A stretch of DNA of 64,000 nt from a virus. The notes below the pieces were generated by a model. It did no database searches, was not told the DNA's origin, and worked only from the letters and a program-made list of their open reading frames with translations. Of this stretch, positions 52,255 to 61,755 are shown in pieces. The position numbers and the translations under genes were made by a program. How positions within the stretch are numbered: the stretch's first letter is position 1; the number at the start of each line of letters is the position of its first letter. The DNA is taken from the IMG/VR virus record IMGVR_UViG_3300047320_000099, positions 6,791-70,790 of that record. One strand, given 5' to 3'.

Positions 52255-54168
52255 TCAGTATCTGCGGTTCCAGCCACCACGCATTGTGGTAGATGATTTA
52301 TTTTGTTTTATTTGAGGGACTTTGTCAACCTCTCCCGGCCAGAAGTTGAGGTAGTCCCTAGCAAAGAGGGCGGCTTGGCAGAGAATGTCGAAGATGTCAG
52401 GGCTGAATCCCATGCGATCTCGGAAGCCCCCAACCTTATTGGAGTTGCGTTTCTGCTCCAGTCTGGTCTTGCCGCTCTGCTTGTCCTCCTGGGTTCTACG
52501 GGAGCAGATTTCCTTCTCCACTCCCTCTCCTCCGATGACATTGTCGTTCAAGCCTCGGATCTGTCCGTATCGGATGAATGCTTCCAGCAGAAAGGCCGCT
52601 TCCGTGGCTACGTTGGCATAAACCTTCTTGGCGGGCACGGAGCCTCCCTGCGGGTCCACAGGCTTATCCGAGGCCATTGCGTGATACTGGATGCCGTGGC
52701 AGTTGAATCCTCTTTCTCTTAGGAGGGAGAGGGGGCCTGAGTAGTTGGTGTAGTCCAGGATCAGATTCCCACTCGGAACCTGCCACTCCACGGCTTTGTC
52801 CATGATGATCCCCGTGGCGTCCCGGTCGTAGGTGTCCGGGTTCAGTTTGGGGAAGAGGAAGATCTGGGCAATGTTCAGGACTCGTCGATTGCCTTCGTAG
52901 AGGAGCTGCATGTGGCCCAGTGGGGCTCGGTCGGCACTGGTGGGAGCCGAGTCGAAGGTCATGAAATTGATAACCTCGGCCTTCCTGTTGATCTGCGGGA
53001 AGGCGTGGCAGTTCATCTGCTCGATCAGGGCGTAGCGGATGACCGCTGTATCTATGTCGCTCGGAGTGAACCAGCCCTTCCAGAAACGGAAGAAGCCCAT
53101 GGTCTGTCTGGAGATGGCGGTGGCATACTCTCGTAAGAGCAGAGCCTCCGTGGGACGATAGTGATATCGGATCGGATCTCGCATGCCGGGCGAGTTGTCA
53201 TTATCCAGTCGGATGCACCATGCTTTCCTTCCATTGAACTTGGACTCCCATTCAGTGGCGGCTTCCGTATCCTTGGTGGGGTCTACAGAAGCCCAGCCAT
53301 CTATCGGTTCGGCGGCTTTTCCTAGATAGTCCCCAGGATCGGCCAGGTTTCCCGACCTGAACTCCCAAAACCAGTGGGCGTGGGTGCGTAAGTTGGCTCC
53401 CGCTTGGAAGAGAGCATCGGGGGAGCTTTGGGATTCGTCCGTGAAGAGGATCTGACAGAAGGGGTCGTGAGTTCCCGTGAGAGCGTCGATGCGGCTGGCG
53501 GCGTTGCTGTCATTGGAGATCGTCACTCCTTTGACGATCCCTTGGACTCCCAGATGAGCGCCCTTCTTGCGGCGAATCATCATCTCGCCAGGGACCAATT
53601 CTCCCGAGCCGATGAAGCTGGAGCAGTCAGGGTTACTCCTGCGGTAGAGTTTTTCTACCGTGGCCCAGCAGGCTTTCTTTAGCTTCTCCTCGGTGATGGA
53701 GGAGAATTGGAACCGACAACCCTTGTAGGTATGGGCGAAGTAATCCCAGACCGTCAGGCCGAAAGCGATAAAGATGGTAGTCTTGCCGCCACCGGCAGCT
53801 CCTACAAGGTTGACGGTGTCCCAGTGGGCGATGGCTTTGATGATGCTCTCGCCCCACTCGTCTCTCTCGAAGTCTCCGATCAGCCTTCCGTCTCGGTCCT
53901 TCTTGGAGGGCCATCTGCGTTCCGCTGCTCTCCACCAGTGCTCTTCTCGGGAGATATCGGTCGGGAAACCCTTATGCCCCATCTTCTCGACGGGGTAGTA
54001 ATTCATGAAGAAGAACATCTCCAGATCGTACTGGCGGACCTCTCCTCCTATCTGCTTCTCCAGTTGATAGAGGAACTCAGGGTCCGAGGCGTAGCCGTAG
54101 GTCCATTGGACTCCGTTGGCTAAGGCTTCTTCCCTGGTTTTGAAGCTGTATCGATGGATGGCTCCCAT
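52255..54168 (-). CDS. terL: Terminase large subunit
   Basis: Walker A GAAGGGKTT, Walker B ILFTDE, RNase-H-like acidic residues (FDSA..D, SPDIFD). Confidence 0.9.
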   Translation of the reverse strand: MGAIHRYSFKTREEALANGVQWTYGYASDPEFLYQLEKQIGGEVRQYDLEMFFFMNYYPVEKMGHKGFPTDISREEHWWRAAERRWPSKKDRDGRLIGDFERDEWGESIIKAIAHWDTVNLVGAAGGGKTTIFIAFGLTVWDYFAHTYKGCRFQFSSITEEKLKKACWATVEKLYRRSNPDCSSFIGSGELVPGEMMIRRKKGAHLGVQGIVKGVTISNDSNAASRIDALTGTHDPFCQILFTDESQSSPDALFQAGANLRTHAHWFWEFRSGNLADPGDYLGKAAEPIDGWASVDPTKDTEAATEWESKFNGRKAWCIRLDNDNSPGMRDPIRYHYRPTEALLLREYATAISRQTMGFFRFWKGWFTPSDIDTAVIRYALIEQMNCHAFPQINRKAEVINFMTFDSAPTSADRAPLGHMQLLYEGNRRVLNIAQIFLFPKLNPDTYDRDATGIIMDKAVEWQVPSGNLILDYTNYSGPLSLLRERGFNCHGIQYHAMASDKPVDPQGGSVPAKKVYANVATEAAFLLEAFIRYGQIRGLNDNVIGGEGVEKEICSRRTQEDKQSGKTRLEQKRNSNKVGGFRDRMGFSPDIFDILCQAALFARDYLNFWPGEVDKVPQIKQNKSSTTMRGGWNRRY

Positions 54169-55718
54169 TATGGCTCAACAACCGCAATCCAGTTTATCCC
54201 CAGCCCGGAATCCGTTGCGCCCGAGCTTGATTCAATCTCAAACGATACCCCTGGAATAACATTCCCTGGAATAAAGTTCAGGGGACCGACAAGCGACGGA
54301 ACCTGGCTTATGGCCACAACCGTGGTAGCATTGGTTACCCATGGCGCAGCCACTAAGGCAACGCCAGATCCGTTAAGGGTGGCGGTTCCCTGGGCAACCC
54401 CAGAAAGTGCATTGGTAGTTCCAATTGTAAGAGTAACGGGAATGGCCACTCCGCCATCCGCCTGAAAAACCGTAACGCCTACGTTGGTTCCAGCGGCCAG
54501 TGTTAGATCGGCACCTACCGCATCCAGTCCATTATTAGATCCGGCTCCATCGAGAAATACTGAAGCGCCTCCAGAGTCCGTAACGAGCTGGACGGTATTG
54601 GCCACGATCTGGGAGCGGGAGAAGGTATCCCCATCGGCGGTGATAATGGCTCCGTTATAAGCCATCTCTCCGAGCAGGGAGATGTCGTATAGGCTGGCGG
54701 TTCCAAAAGTCGCCGTATCGTCGTTTATGGTATTATGGGCACCGGAGATATCGTAGAAGGTTGCCACATTGCCAATCGTGGTAGCGGGGAGTTCCACCGT
54801 TCCATCCGACATGGTAACGGCGGTTACGATAGCGGAATCGATGGTGGAATTATTCATTCTCACCACTCCGCTCCTTTGGATCAGGGCTCCATTTCCTGCT
54901 CCGGTGATGGCCGATCCCGGGGCTATGACTGTCCCGTTATCCGCCACCAAGGCGTAGGTGTTCCCTGCGGTGACCAGGTCGACTCCGGTAGCGTTGATTA
55001 CTCCACCATTCAGAGCGACCATGTCTCCATAAAATCCATTGACGATCATGTTGGTCCCCACATTGATCAAGGCTCCATCGGAGGCCAGGATTCCACAGTG
55101 TCCAAAGACCGGAGCGCCCCCGCTCTTCAAGACCGAGAATCCATTGATCGTCACTCCGCTTGGGCCTGAGGAGTAGATGGAGCCTGAGTTGGGATTGAGA
55201 TAGGGAGAAGTCGGAGGGCTTGGGAGGGCCGCGAAGGAAAGGGAGCAGGATGCCGGGGTTCCCGTATTTCCCGTGATCGAGATGAATCGTCCGTAGGGAT
55301 GGGCGAGATTGATCTGGGTCGTGGTGTAGTTGTACGCCCCATTGGCTACTTGGATCGTTACCGTGGCGGTAAGGACCGCCTCATTCAGGGCCGTTAATGC
55401 ACTAATGATGGTTGAGTGGACACTCGGGACCGTTAGGGTTGTGGGGACGGTGACCAAGATCAACTTCCAGTAAAGCGGGCTGGTTTCGGGGGTCTGGCCT
55501 ACGGCACTCTGTAAGGCCCGGTATACATTCCCATCGGCGGCTTCGACCTGATAGCCCGTGGCGTAGGTCAGAACCGCATCGTAGGGTGTGGCGCTAATAG
55601 CGATGGCTCCAGTACGGGTCTTCTGGGTAACCAGACTGGCGTTTTGGAGGGGTACGACTTCTAGCCCCGTAAGGGAGGCAGAGGCGCTCGGAAGATCGTT
55701 GATGGTTACACAGGCCAT
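54168..55718 (-). CDS. Tail fibre/spike with CBM-like module and beta-helix
   Basis: INDLP N-terminus, Y..G..V..DGNVYRAL..P.TSP.YW, TIQVANGAY and beta-helix repeats. Confidence 0.75.
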   Translation of the reverse strand: MACVTINDLPSASASLTGLEVVPLQNASLVTQKTRTGAIAISATPYDAVLTYATGYQVEAADGNVYRALQSAVGQTPETSPLYWKLILVTVPTTLTVPSVHSTIISALTALNEAVLTATVTIQVANGAYNYTTTQINLAHPYGRFISITGNTGTPASCSLSFAALPSPPTSPYLNPNSGSIYSSGPSGVTINGFSVLKSGGAPVFGHCGILASDGALINVGTNMIVNGFYGDMVALNGGVINATGVDLVTAGNTYALVADNGTVIAPGSAITGAGNGALIQRSGVVRMNNSTIDSAIVTAVTMSDGTVELPATTIGNVATFYDISGAHNTINDDTATFGTASLYDISLLGEMAYNGAIITADGDTFSRSQIVANTVQLVTDSGGASVFLDGAGSNNGLDAVGADLTLAAGTNVGVTVFQADGGVAIPVTLTIGTTNALSGVAQGTATLNGSGVALVAAPWVTNATTVVAISQVPSLVGPLNFIPGNVIPGVSFEIESSSGATDSGLGINWIAVVEP

Positions 55719-55719
55719 T

Positions 55720-56103
55720 TTAAGTAGTTACCTCAAGGTTAAGTCCGTCCTCGGTACAAATAGTAAATCCAGCTGGAGTGCAGAGGACCAGAGCGCAGGC
55801 GGGGGAGAAATTGGGTCTTTCCTCGGCACATCCACATCCCGCCACATCGTCAGGAGTTATGGTATTACAGGAGAGGATTTGCTGCAATGCCAATCTCCGG
55901 GCCAGCCGATAGGCCATTTCGTTCGCGGCAATCTGGGCGGCGGCTTCGCTGGAGTAGTCCGCGATCAGGACCGCAAAATAAGCGGCAGGCACGATTCCCG
56001 AGACAGATCCCGAGCCGTCATTGCACTGGCGGACGAAGATCTGCTCGCAGTTCAGCGCATAGGGGTAGGGAGGGATGGAGGGGATGCGGCAGTTCGTCCT
56101 CAT
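55720..56103 (-). CDS. Cys-rich structural protein
   Basis: Many Cys; position in fibre cluster. Confidence 0.55.
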   Translation of the reverse strand: MRTNCRIPSIPPYPYALNCEQIFVRQCNDGSGSVSGIVPAAYFAVLIADYSSEAAAQIAANEMAYRLARRLALQQILSCNTITPDDVAGCGCAEERPNFSPACALVLCTPAGFTICTEDGLNLEVTT

Positions 56104-56552
56104 GGCAACACCTCGATAGTTACCGTTGCTGGAGTACTCGTATTGCTTCCATTGCTTACCGTGAACTCGAAAGAGTCAGTTCCCGTGAAAAGCGGAGCTG
56201 GAGTGTAGGTGTAGGAATCGCCGCTCCCGAACAGTGTCCCGTGGGAGGGGTCGGTCGTAATCTCGTAGAACAGGAAGTTCCCGGCTTCGCTGCTTCCAGT
56301 TAAAGTAATGTCGAGAGGGGTTTCGGAAGCCGTTTCCAGTTCCTGTGGGTCCGCTACCGGGATCGTGTTCTCGCATATCAGGTCGAGGACTTCATCTTTG
56401 GCCAATTGGAGGGCTATGCAGTTGGAGGAAGATTGGTTGGGAGTGAAGACCGTGTCCGCTGGAGTCGTGGCCTCGTAGTCCCCTTCGGTAAATGTCTGAG
56501 CGACATTTCCGAATTGGCATCGAAAACGATAGATAGGGAAACATCGATTCAC
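56100..56552 (-). CDS. Ig-like (Big_9/cadherin-like) domain virion protein
   Basis: PVAD..ITLTGS..PSHGTL..YTYTP..FTGTDSFEFTVSNG..ATVTIEV. Confidence 0.8.
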   Translation of the reverse strand: MNRCFPIYRFRCQFGNVAQTFTEGDYEATTPADTVFTPNQSSSNCIALQLAKDEVLDLICENTIPVADPQELETASETPLDITLTGSSEAGNFLFYEITTDPSHGTLFGSGDSYTYTPAPLFTGTDSFEFTVSNGSNTSTPATVTIEVLP

Positions 56553-57005
56553 GATTAAGTTGTAGCCTTTTCGATGTCAACGCGCAAGTGTTCTAAGATG
56601 GTCTTGGCCGGGACGAGGAAGGGCTTCTTCTTGATGGAGACATCTACCGCCGTGGGCCACCAGGTAGTTTTGAAGGTGATCTCAAAGGGCTTCTGGATGG
56701 TGAAGAAGGTAAAGCTGGGGTCGAAGTAGCCACGGGTCTTCAGGCCCTCGCGGACTTGGTAGATGTCCTCGATTCCCTCGATGCGGATGCCGCCCTCATT
56801 TTCCTTGATGGTCATCGGAATGCAATTGCTCCCTCTGGATACACGTCTGAATTCTCAGCCCAATACCCCCTATTCTCATATGCCGTATTTTCACAACATG
56901 GGGCTTTGGATATTGAATACCCCTCATTCAAAAGCTCCATGATTCGATCTTTGGCGTCTGGGGCTTCTTCGTGGATAAATAAAATAGGATCTTTCATTGG
57001 TGGAA

Positions 57006-57635
57006 TCATGCTTTAAGGGCGGTCTCGAATTCCTTGACGGCTTCGCGGGATACCCATGCGTCGATCTCTTGGCGCTTGATGGGGCCGTGATGGTTTGTGC
57101 TCCAGCGCAAAACCCGAGCTGTATATTCGAAAGCGAACGTATGATTGGATTTGGATCGCTCGATGAACTGGACGGCATTATGGACGTTGTACTTCTCCAT
57201 GCAGACCTTGAGGGATGGATCGAAGCCTATCGAGTCATAGGAGGTCTGGAAGATTCCCGCTTCCTCGTTGGCTGCGCTATCCTCGTTCGGGTTGGTGGAG
57301 TCCCGACCTTCTGTCCAGTCCCAGGATGACTCGAAGCCTCCTAAGACTCTCAGGGCTTCGCACATGACCGCTCTGCGCTCCAGTTCGGTCTCGTAGGGGC
57401 CAAGCTCCGCATTCAGGGAAGCGTAGATGTCCTGTTGGTCGTTATAGGCGAAGATGGCGGGATGAGCTGTCTTGGCCCATGAGGTCAGTTCGGCCAAGAA
57501 GGCATCGGGAGCGCTACCGCGATTGGGAATCTCTTCCTTGGCCGCTACGAAGATCGGGGGCGATACAGGGGCTTCCGATTGCTTAATCTCAGCGATCAGA
57601 ACTTCCAACTTAGCGATGATTTGTTCTTGGGTCAT
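57006..57635 (-). CDS. Putative endolysin (lysozyme/transglycosylase fold)
   Basis: GFESSWD catalytic-Glu-like motif and AGIFQ. Confidence 0.6.
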   Translation of the reverse strand: MTQEQIIAKLEVLIAEIKQSEAPVSPPIFVAAKEEIPNRGSAPDAFLAELTSWAKTAHPAIFAYNDQQDIYASLNAELGPYETELERRAVMCEALRVLGGFESSWDWTEGRDSTNPNEDSAANEEAGIFQTSYDSIGFDPSLKVCMEKYNVHNAVQFIERSKSNHTFAFEYTARVLRWSTNHHGPIKRQEIDAWVSREAVKEFETALKA

Positions 57636-57913
57636 TGGATTACGGTATCTACCACGGAGCCTGCTTCGGTGACGGCGCTCTTGCTGAGATCAACCATGGC
57701 CTCCGTCTGTTTGACGACACGGACCACGTCTGCGGCCTTCCCGAAGGAGTCGGATTGATTCAGGTCTTCGGCATAGAAAATGTACTCTCCGGTCTTGGCG
57801 TTGCCCTTGATGACCATTTTGGAGGCGTTCGTTCCCAGCATGGCCGATCCGTAAGGACTGGTCCCGGCGCATCCGGTTAAGGCAATTAATGGGAGGAGTA
57901 GAAGTACTTTCAT
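57632..57913 (-). CDS. Lipoprotein (possible o-spanin)
   Basis: MKVLLLLPLIALTGC lipobox. Confidence 0.7.
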   Translation of the reverse strand: MKVLLLLPLIALTGCAGTSPYGSAMLGTNASKMVIKGNAKTGEYIFYAEDLNQSDSFGKAADVVRVVKQTEAMVDLSKSAVTEAGSVVDTVIQ

Positions 57914-58578
57914 TTGCCTTGATAGAGGAGAACGACACCATTGTAGACCGAGCAATTGATGATCTTGGGCTTCTGGACTCCGGGGTCGAGGACGATGGCT
58001 CGGGTTCCATGGAGAAAGGCGCAGTCTTTGATGGTCACATTCTTAACGCCACTTTTGATTCTGATGGCGCTTTTAAAATAATCGAAGTAACAGTTTTCGA
58101 TCAAGACATCACCCGTTCCTTCGTTCAATTGGAGACATTTATCCTCGGCCTTGGCGAATCGACAGTTACGGATTACCACGCCCTGAGTACTATGGTTTTT
58201 ATAGGTTGAGATCGCATCTTCTCCGACATCGGGAATCGATACATTCTCCAGCGTGGCCTTTCCTTCCCGAACTGAAACGCTCTCGGGCCAGCTCTTGGCA
58301 ACTACGTTTTTAAGCGTGGAGCTGCGGAGCATGTAGAAGGGGGCCTCTTGGTCCTCGTCCTGATTACCGTTTCCGCGTAGCCCTCCCCCATCGACGGTGG
58401 CCATCTTGTAGTCCTTCGTCCCGGAGAAGGTAATGGTATCGGAGATCTTAATGACCTTGCCTGAAGGCTTGGGCCAGTCGATCTGGATGTCCTTCTCGGC
58501 CATTCCCCCTGTGGTGGAGCAGGAAGAGAACAGGAAGGCCGTGGCGAGGCTCAGGAGCGCGAGAAAGAGGGTTCTCAT
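57910..58578 (-). CDS. Lipoprotein with polysaccharide lyase family 3 (pectate lyase)-like beta-helix
   Basis: FSSC lipobox; GNQDEDQ, TLKNVV, DVGEDAI, AEDKCLQLN motifs. Confidence 0.75.
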   Translation of the reverse strand: MRTLFLALLSLATAFLFSSCSTTGGMAEKDIQIDWPKPSGKVIKISDTITFSGTKDYKMATVDGGGLRGNGNQDEDQEAPFYMLRSSTLKNVVAKSWPESVSVREGKATLENVSIPDVGEDAISTYKNHSTQGVVIRNCRFAKAEDKCLQLNEGTGDVLIENCYFDYFKSAIRIKSGVKNVTIKDCAFLHGTRAIVLDPGVQKPKIINCSVYNGVVLLYQGK

Positions 58579-58775
58579 TATTGGGCCTCGGACAGTAGCT
58601 TCACCTCTTCCAGGGTTGCCAGAGGACCGTAAACCTCGGTGTAGCATTGCAGGAGGGCCGGGGATGAACATTGGCCGAAAGCTACGGCTTTGGGGCCTTG
58701 GTCCTTGACGGTATCCGAGAACTGACAAGAGGTGAAGGATAGGGTGAGAATAGCGATAGCAATTGCGTATTTCAT
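58578..58775 (-). CDS. Small lipoprotein
   Basis: MKYAIAIAILTLSFTSC lipobox. Confidence 0.65.
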   Translation of the reverse strand: MKYAIAIAILTLSFTSCQFSDTVKDQGPKAVAFGQCSSPALLQCYTEVYGPLATLEEVKLLSEAQ

Positions 58776-58778
58776 AGG

Positions 58779-59690
58779 TCAGACAGTAACTCGATTCCAG
58801 CTTACGGGACCGGCATCTGCTGGATTGGTGGAAAGGATCGTGAAAGAGGTATTATCTACGATCTGGTAATAGAGTATACCGAGGGGTAGGAAGCCGGGAG
58901 TTACGAGGATCACGCCATTAGCATTCGTTACTGCCGCATCGGCAATAGCGCCCGTAGTACCAAGCGCCATTGTATTCTTTCCTGTAAAAATACTGGAAAT
59001 AGGGGTAGAGACAGAGGCCCCGCCGCCACCAATAGTAACAAAGTTGGTAGAGATATTTAGAACAGCATTGCCATTTCCTATCCCCAATCTAAGGTTCATG
59101 GTGGCCGGTCCGCCAGTGGATACGCCCTTTAGGGTGGCGTCATTAGCCAGCGTGTTGGTAAACAGATCGCCATTGGATCCTGCCGTTCCCACAGCAAAGA
59201 AACCAGCTCCCGAATTAGAAAGAAGAGATAGAAATACTTGTCCCGCCGAACTTACGGTAAGCGGATTGGTTGATCCGGTTTGAGTAAGTGTTCCAGTACG
59301 AACAATATTGACATTGTTTAACGGAAGCGTTGCTCCGGTACTCCCTACATTGTACTGGGCCGAGGTACCATCCGAGAGGATCGGGCCATTTCCAGAGTCC
59401 TGTATACGGACATTGACTACCCGAGGGGCAGTATCGTTAAGAGAAAAAGAACCATTGATGATCTCGTTTATCGAAAAGCTATTGGAAGCCACGATAAAAA
59501 GCTCCACCTCTGCCCCTGGGGGAACAAGGCTTAGATCAAATGCCCTATCGGCGGTTTGAGTTCCTACGTTCCATAGGACAAGGGCCGCGTCCTTTGGGAC
59601 CACGTAATCGGCATCTGCCGTATTGGTGTAGACCCCGAGATGCTGGAAGTCGGCGGGGTTGAGCTGCTGATATGAAAATCCTTGAGCCAT
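58779..59690 (-). CDS. Fibre-like virion protein
   Basis: Gly/Thr/Asn-rich beta repeats. Confidence 0.6.
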   Translation of the reverse strand: MAQGFSYQQLNPADFQHLGVYTNTADADYVVPKDAALVLWNVGTQTADRAFDLSLVPPGAEVELFIVASNSFSINEIINGSFSLNDTAPRVVNVRIQDSGNGPILSDGTSAQYNVGSTGATLPLNNVNIVRTGTLTQTGSTNPLTVSSAGQVFLSLLSNSGAGFFAVGTAGSNGDLFTNTLANDATLKGVSTGGPATMNLRLGIGNGNAVLNISTNFVTIGGGGASVSTPISSIFTGKNTMALGTTGAIADAAVTNANGVILVTPGFLPLGILYYQIVDNTSFTILSTNPADAGPVSWNRVTV

Positions 59691-59694
59691 GAGA

Positions 59695-60081
59695 TTAAGG
59701 AGTCGGGACGGCGATGGTCCAGGAAACGATGGCGGTGGTATCGGGGTCGGGGCTGGTTACCGTGATCGGGTCGCCGAAGAAGCGATCCCAGGAGCCATGA
59801 CCGATGGAGACGCCGGGAGGCAGGGAGAGGGAGCCTACCGTGACGTTGGAGGTGGAGGTTACCAGATTGGTCACGGCAAAGGTGGACCAGTCTTGGGGAA
59901 TGACCACGGCTCCATCGTTGGCGGTATCCCCCGCGAACTCGGTTGTGCCGTAGTTGACGATAGGAGGCGGGCCTCCTACGAGGGCACAGTAGATGAGGAA
60001 GATGCGCTCGATTTCCGAGGCAGTCTGCCAAGCGGAGAAATCGATGCCGTTACACTCGGAATTGCACGAGACGATTGCCAT
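59695..60081 (-). CDS. Small virion-like protein, first gene of late operon
   Basis: Follows promoter; beta-rich, lacks Lys. Confidence 0.55.
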   Translation of the reverse strand: MAIVSCNSECNGIDFSAWQTASEIERIFLIYCALVGGPPPIVNYGTTEFAGDTANDGAVVIPQDWSTFAVTNLVTSTSNVTVGSLSLPPGVSIGHGSWDRFFGDPITVTSPDPDTTAIVSWTIAVPTP

Positions 60082-60111
60082 TTTGGGAAATTGGGACAGG
60101 GATTAGATAGG

Positions 60112-60140
60112 AGCCTAGCGGAAAGGGATGGCGGGGTCAA
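60112..60140 (-). promoter_or_regulatory. Late operon sigma70-like promoter
   Basis: TTGACC-17-TAGGCT on minus strand. Confidence 0.65.
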
Positions 60141-60289
60141 TGGAGATGTTTCGGAGGCTGAACTACCAAATCCGTTTCAATCGTTATCAAATCGTTAATT
60201 GGAATAATGGGGGGCCGTTAAGAAACACGCGTGTCGATTGTTGTGAATTTAGGGTTGACTCAAATCGTCACGCATGACACAAGTGACGA

Positions 60290-61123
60290 ATGGCATTTGT
60301 TAAACTAGACTGCGGAATGTTGGACTCAAGCATCTGGCCCGACCGGATTGCTCGGGAGGTTTTTATCACGGCCCTTCTTATGGCTCAACCCCATGAGCTT
60401 CTGAAGGATACGGTACAGATAAAGGTGGATAGCCTTGATCCCGATGGAGAGGTTATCCCTGCGGGCTGGTATGGGATCGTGGAGGCCGCTGGAATAGGAA
60501 TCATCACCAGAGCCATGCTGAGCCGTCAGGAAGGCATGGAGGCCCTTAAAAGGCTATGTTCATGCGACCCAGAGAGCCGCAGCGAAGAGCATTGCGGGAA
60601 GCGGATGGCCCGCATCAATGGCGGCTATCTGGTTTTGAACTACGACAAGTACCGAATGAAGGACCACACGACTGCCGAGCGGTCCAAGCGCTACCGGGAG
60701 AAGAAGAAAAGGCTTACCGTCACGCGTGACATCACGCAAGCAGAAGTAGAAGGAGAAGTAGAAGCAAAAGGATACCCGGAAACGGAACCAGAGGGTACTG
60801 CGTACCCGTCGCCCTGCGATGGCGACGGTGGTGGAATTACTGATTCCCAGACCCGGAGTGTTTTGAATGAAGAAATCTATTCCCTCTATCCGAGGCCCAA
60901 GCGTGGGGAACACAAGGAAGAAGCGTTGCGTGCCATCGAGCATTCCATGCTTCGTGTCGCTCGTGAAAAGGGGATAACTGAGGTCCAGTCCTATCAGTTC
61001 CTGAAATCCTCAACCATTGCTTACGCAAACAGCAGAGAAGTCGGCCGGAAGATAGCACTTGCCCAGACCGATAAAATCCCAATGGCCAAGAACTGGTACA
61101 GCGATGGTCGCTACAACGATTGA
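60290..61123 (+). CDS. Phage replication initiator/replisome organiser-like protein (paralog 2)
   Basis: FVKLD..SSIW N-terminus, AERSKRYREKK linker, YPRPKRGEHKEEALRA..IPMAKNWY C-terminus. Confidence 0.7.
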   Translation: MAFVKLDCGMLDSSIWPDRIAREVFITALLMAQPHELLKDTVQIKVDSLDPDGEVIPAGWYGIVEAAGIGIITRAMLSRQEGMEALKRLCSCDPESRSEEHCGKRMARINGGYLVLNYDKYRMKDHTTAERSKRYREKKKRLTVTRDITQAEVEGEVEAKGYPETEPEGTAYPSPCDGDGGGITDSQTRSVLNEEIYSLYPRPKRGEHKEEALRAIEHSMLRVAREKGITEVQSYQFLKSSTIAYANSREVGRKIALAQTDKIPMAKNWYSDGRYND

Positions 61124-61755
61124 TAGGAAACGGTATGACCAGAAACGAAATCTACAGTAACTACATCCGAAGCGAAGAGTGGGAGTTATTCCGCAGAACT
61201 GCACTTCGTCATTACGGCACCAAGTGCAAGGCCTGCGGGAAATTCAAACTCCCACAGGCCCATCACATCAACTACCGGAACCTGCACGATTGCACCTTGG
61301 ACGATCTAGTTATTCTCTGTAAGCGCTGCCATGAAGACCTTCATCGAAAGCTGAATGCTCTTGGATTGAAGTCGTCTGACTTGACCCGAGAATTAACGGT
61401 GGTATTCGCCCGCAGGAAGCCAAGGGGGATTACGGAGCCTAAGTACATGGCACTGCTAAAGAAGGTGCTTATGGGAGAGATGGACCCTTCAAAACTTCCT
61501 ATTTATTCCCCTCCCGAAAAGAAGCCGAAAAAGATGGAGTTTGCTCACACTTTATATATCGGCATCAATTTCAAAACCAACTTCCCTATTAATGACAGTG
61601 CCAGCAGAGCCATTGAGCTTGGATGCGCTAATACCCCAATAGTCGAACTTCAGGATTACCTTAAAACCAAATACCTAACGGATAGTGAGGTCGGGAATAA
61701 TCTTGGAAAAATAGAGAGGCTGTATGATTGGCCGCCAAAGAAAAACCAGAAATGA
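61120..61755 (+). CDS. HNH endonuclease
   Basis: YIRSEEW..CKACG..AHH..LVILCKRCH. Confidence 0.85.
   Translation: MIGNGMTRNEIYSNYIRSEEWELFRRTALRHYGTKCKACGKFKLPQAHHINYRNLHDCTLDDLVILCKRCHEDLHRKLNALGLKSSDLTRELTVVFARRKPRGITEPKYMALLKKVLMGEMDPSKLPIYSPPEKKPKKMEFAHTLYIGINFKTNFPINDSASRAIELGCANTPIVELQDYLKTKYLTDSEVGNNLGKIERLYDWPPKKNQK

Noticed and set aside
54168-59690. Diversity-generating retroelement acting on fibres
   Set aside because: No reverse transcriptase and no TR/VR repeat pair seen
27071-60198. Numerous + strand ORFs within the late operon
   Set aside because: Antisense shadows of GC3-biased minus-strand genes with no motifs or RBS
60172-60200. GTTTCAATC as a second CRISPR repeat
   Set aside because: No hairpin follows; it is part of short AATCGTT direct repeats
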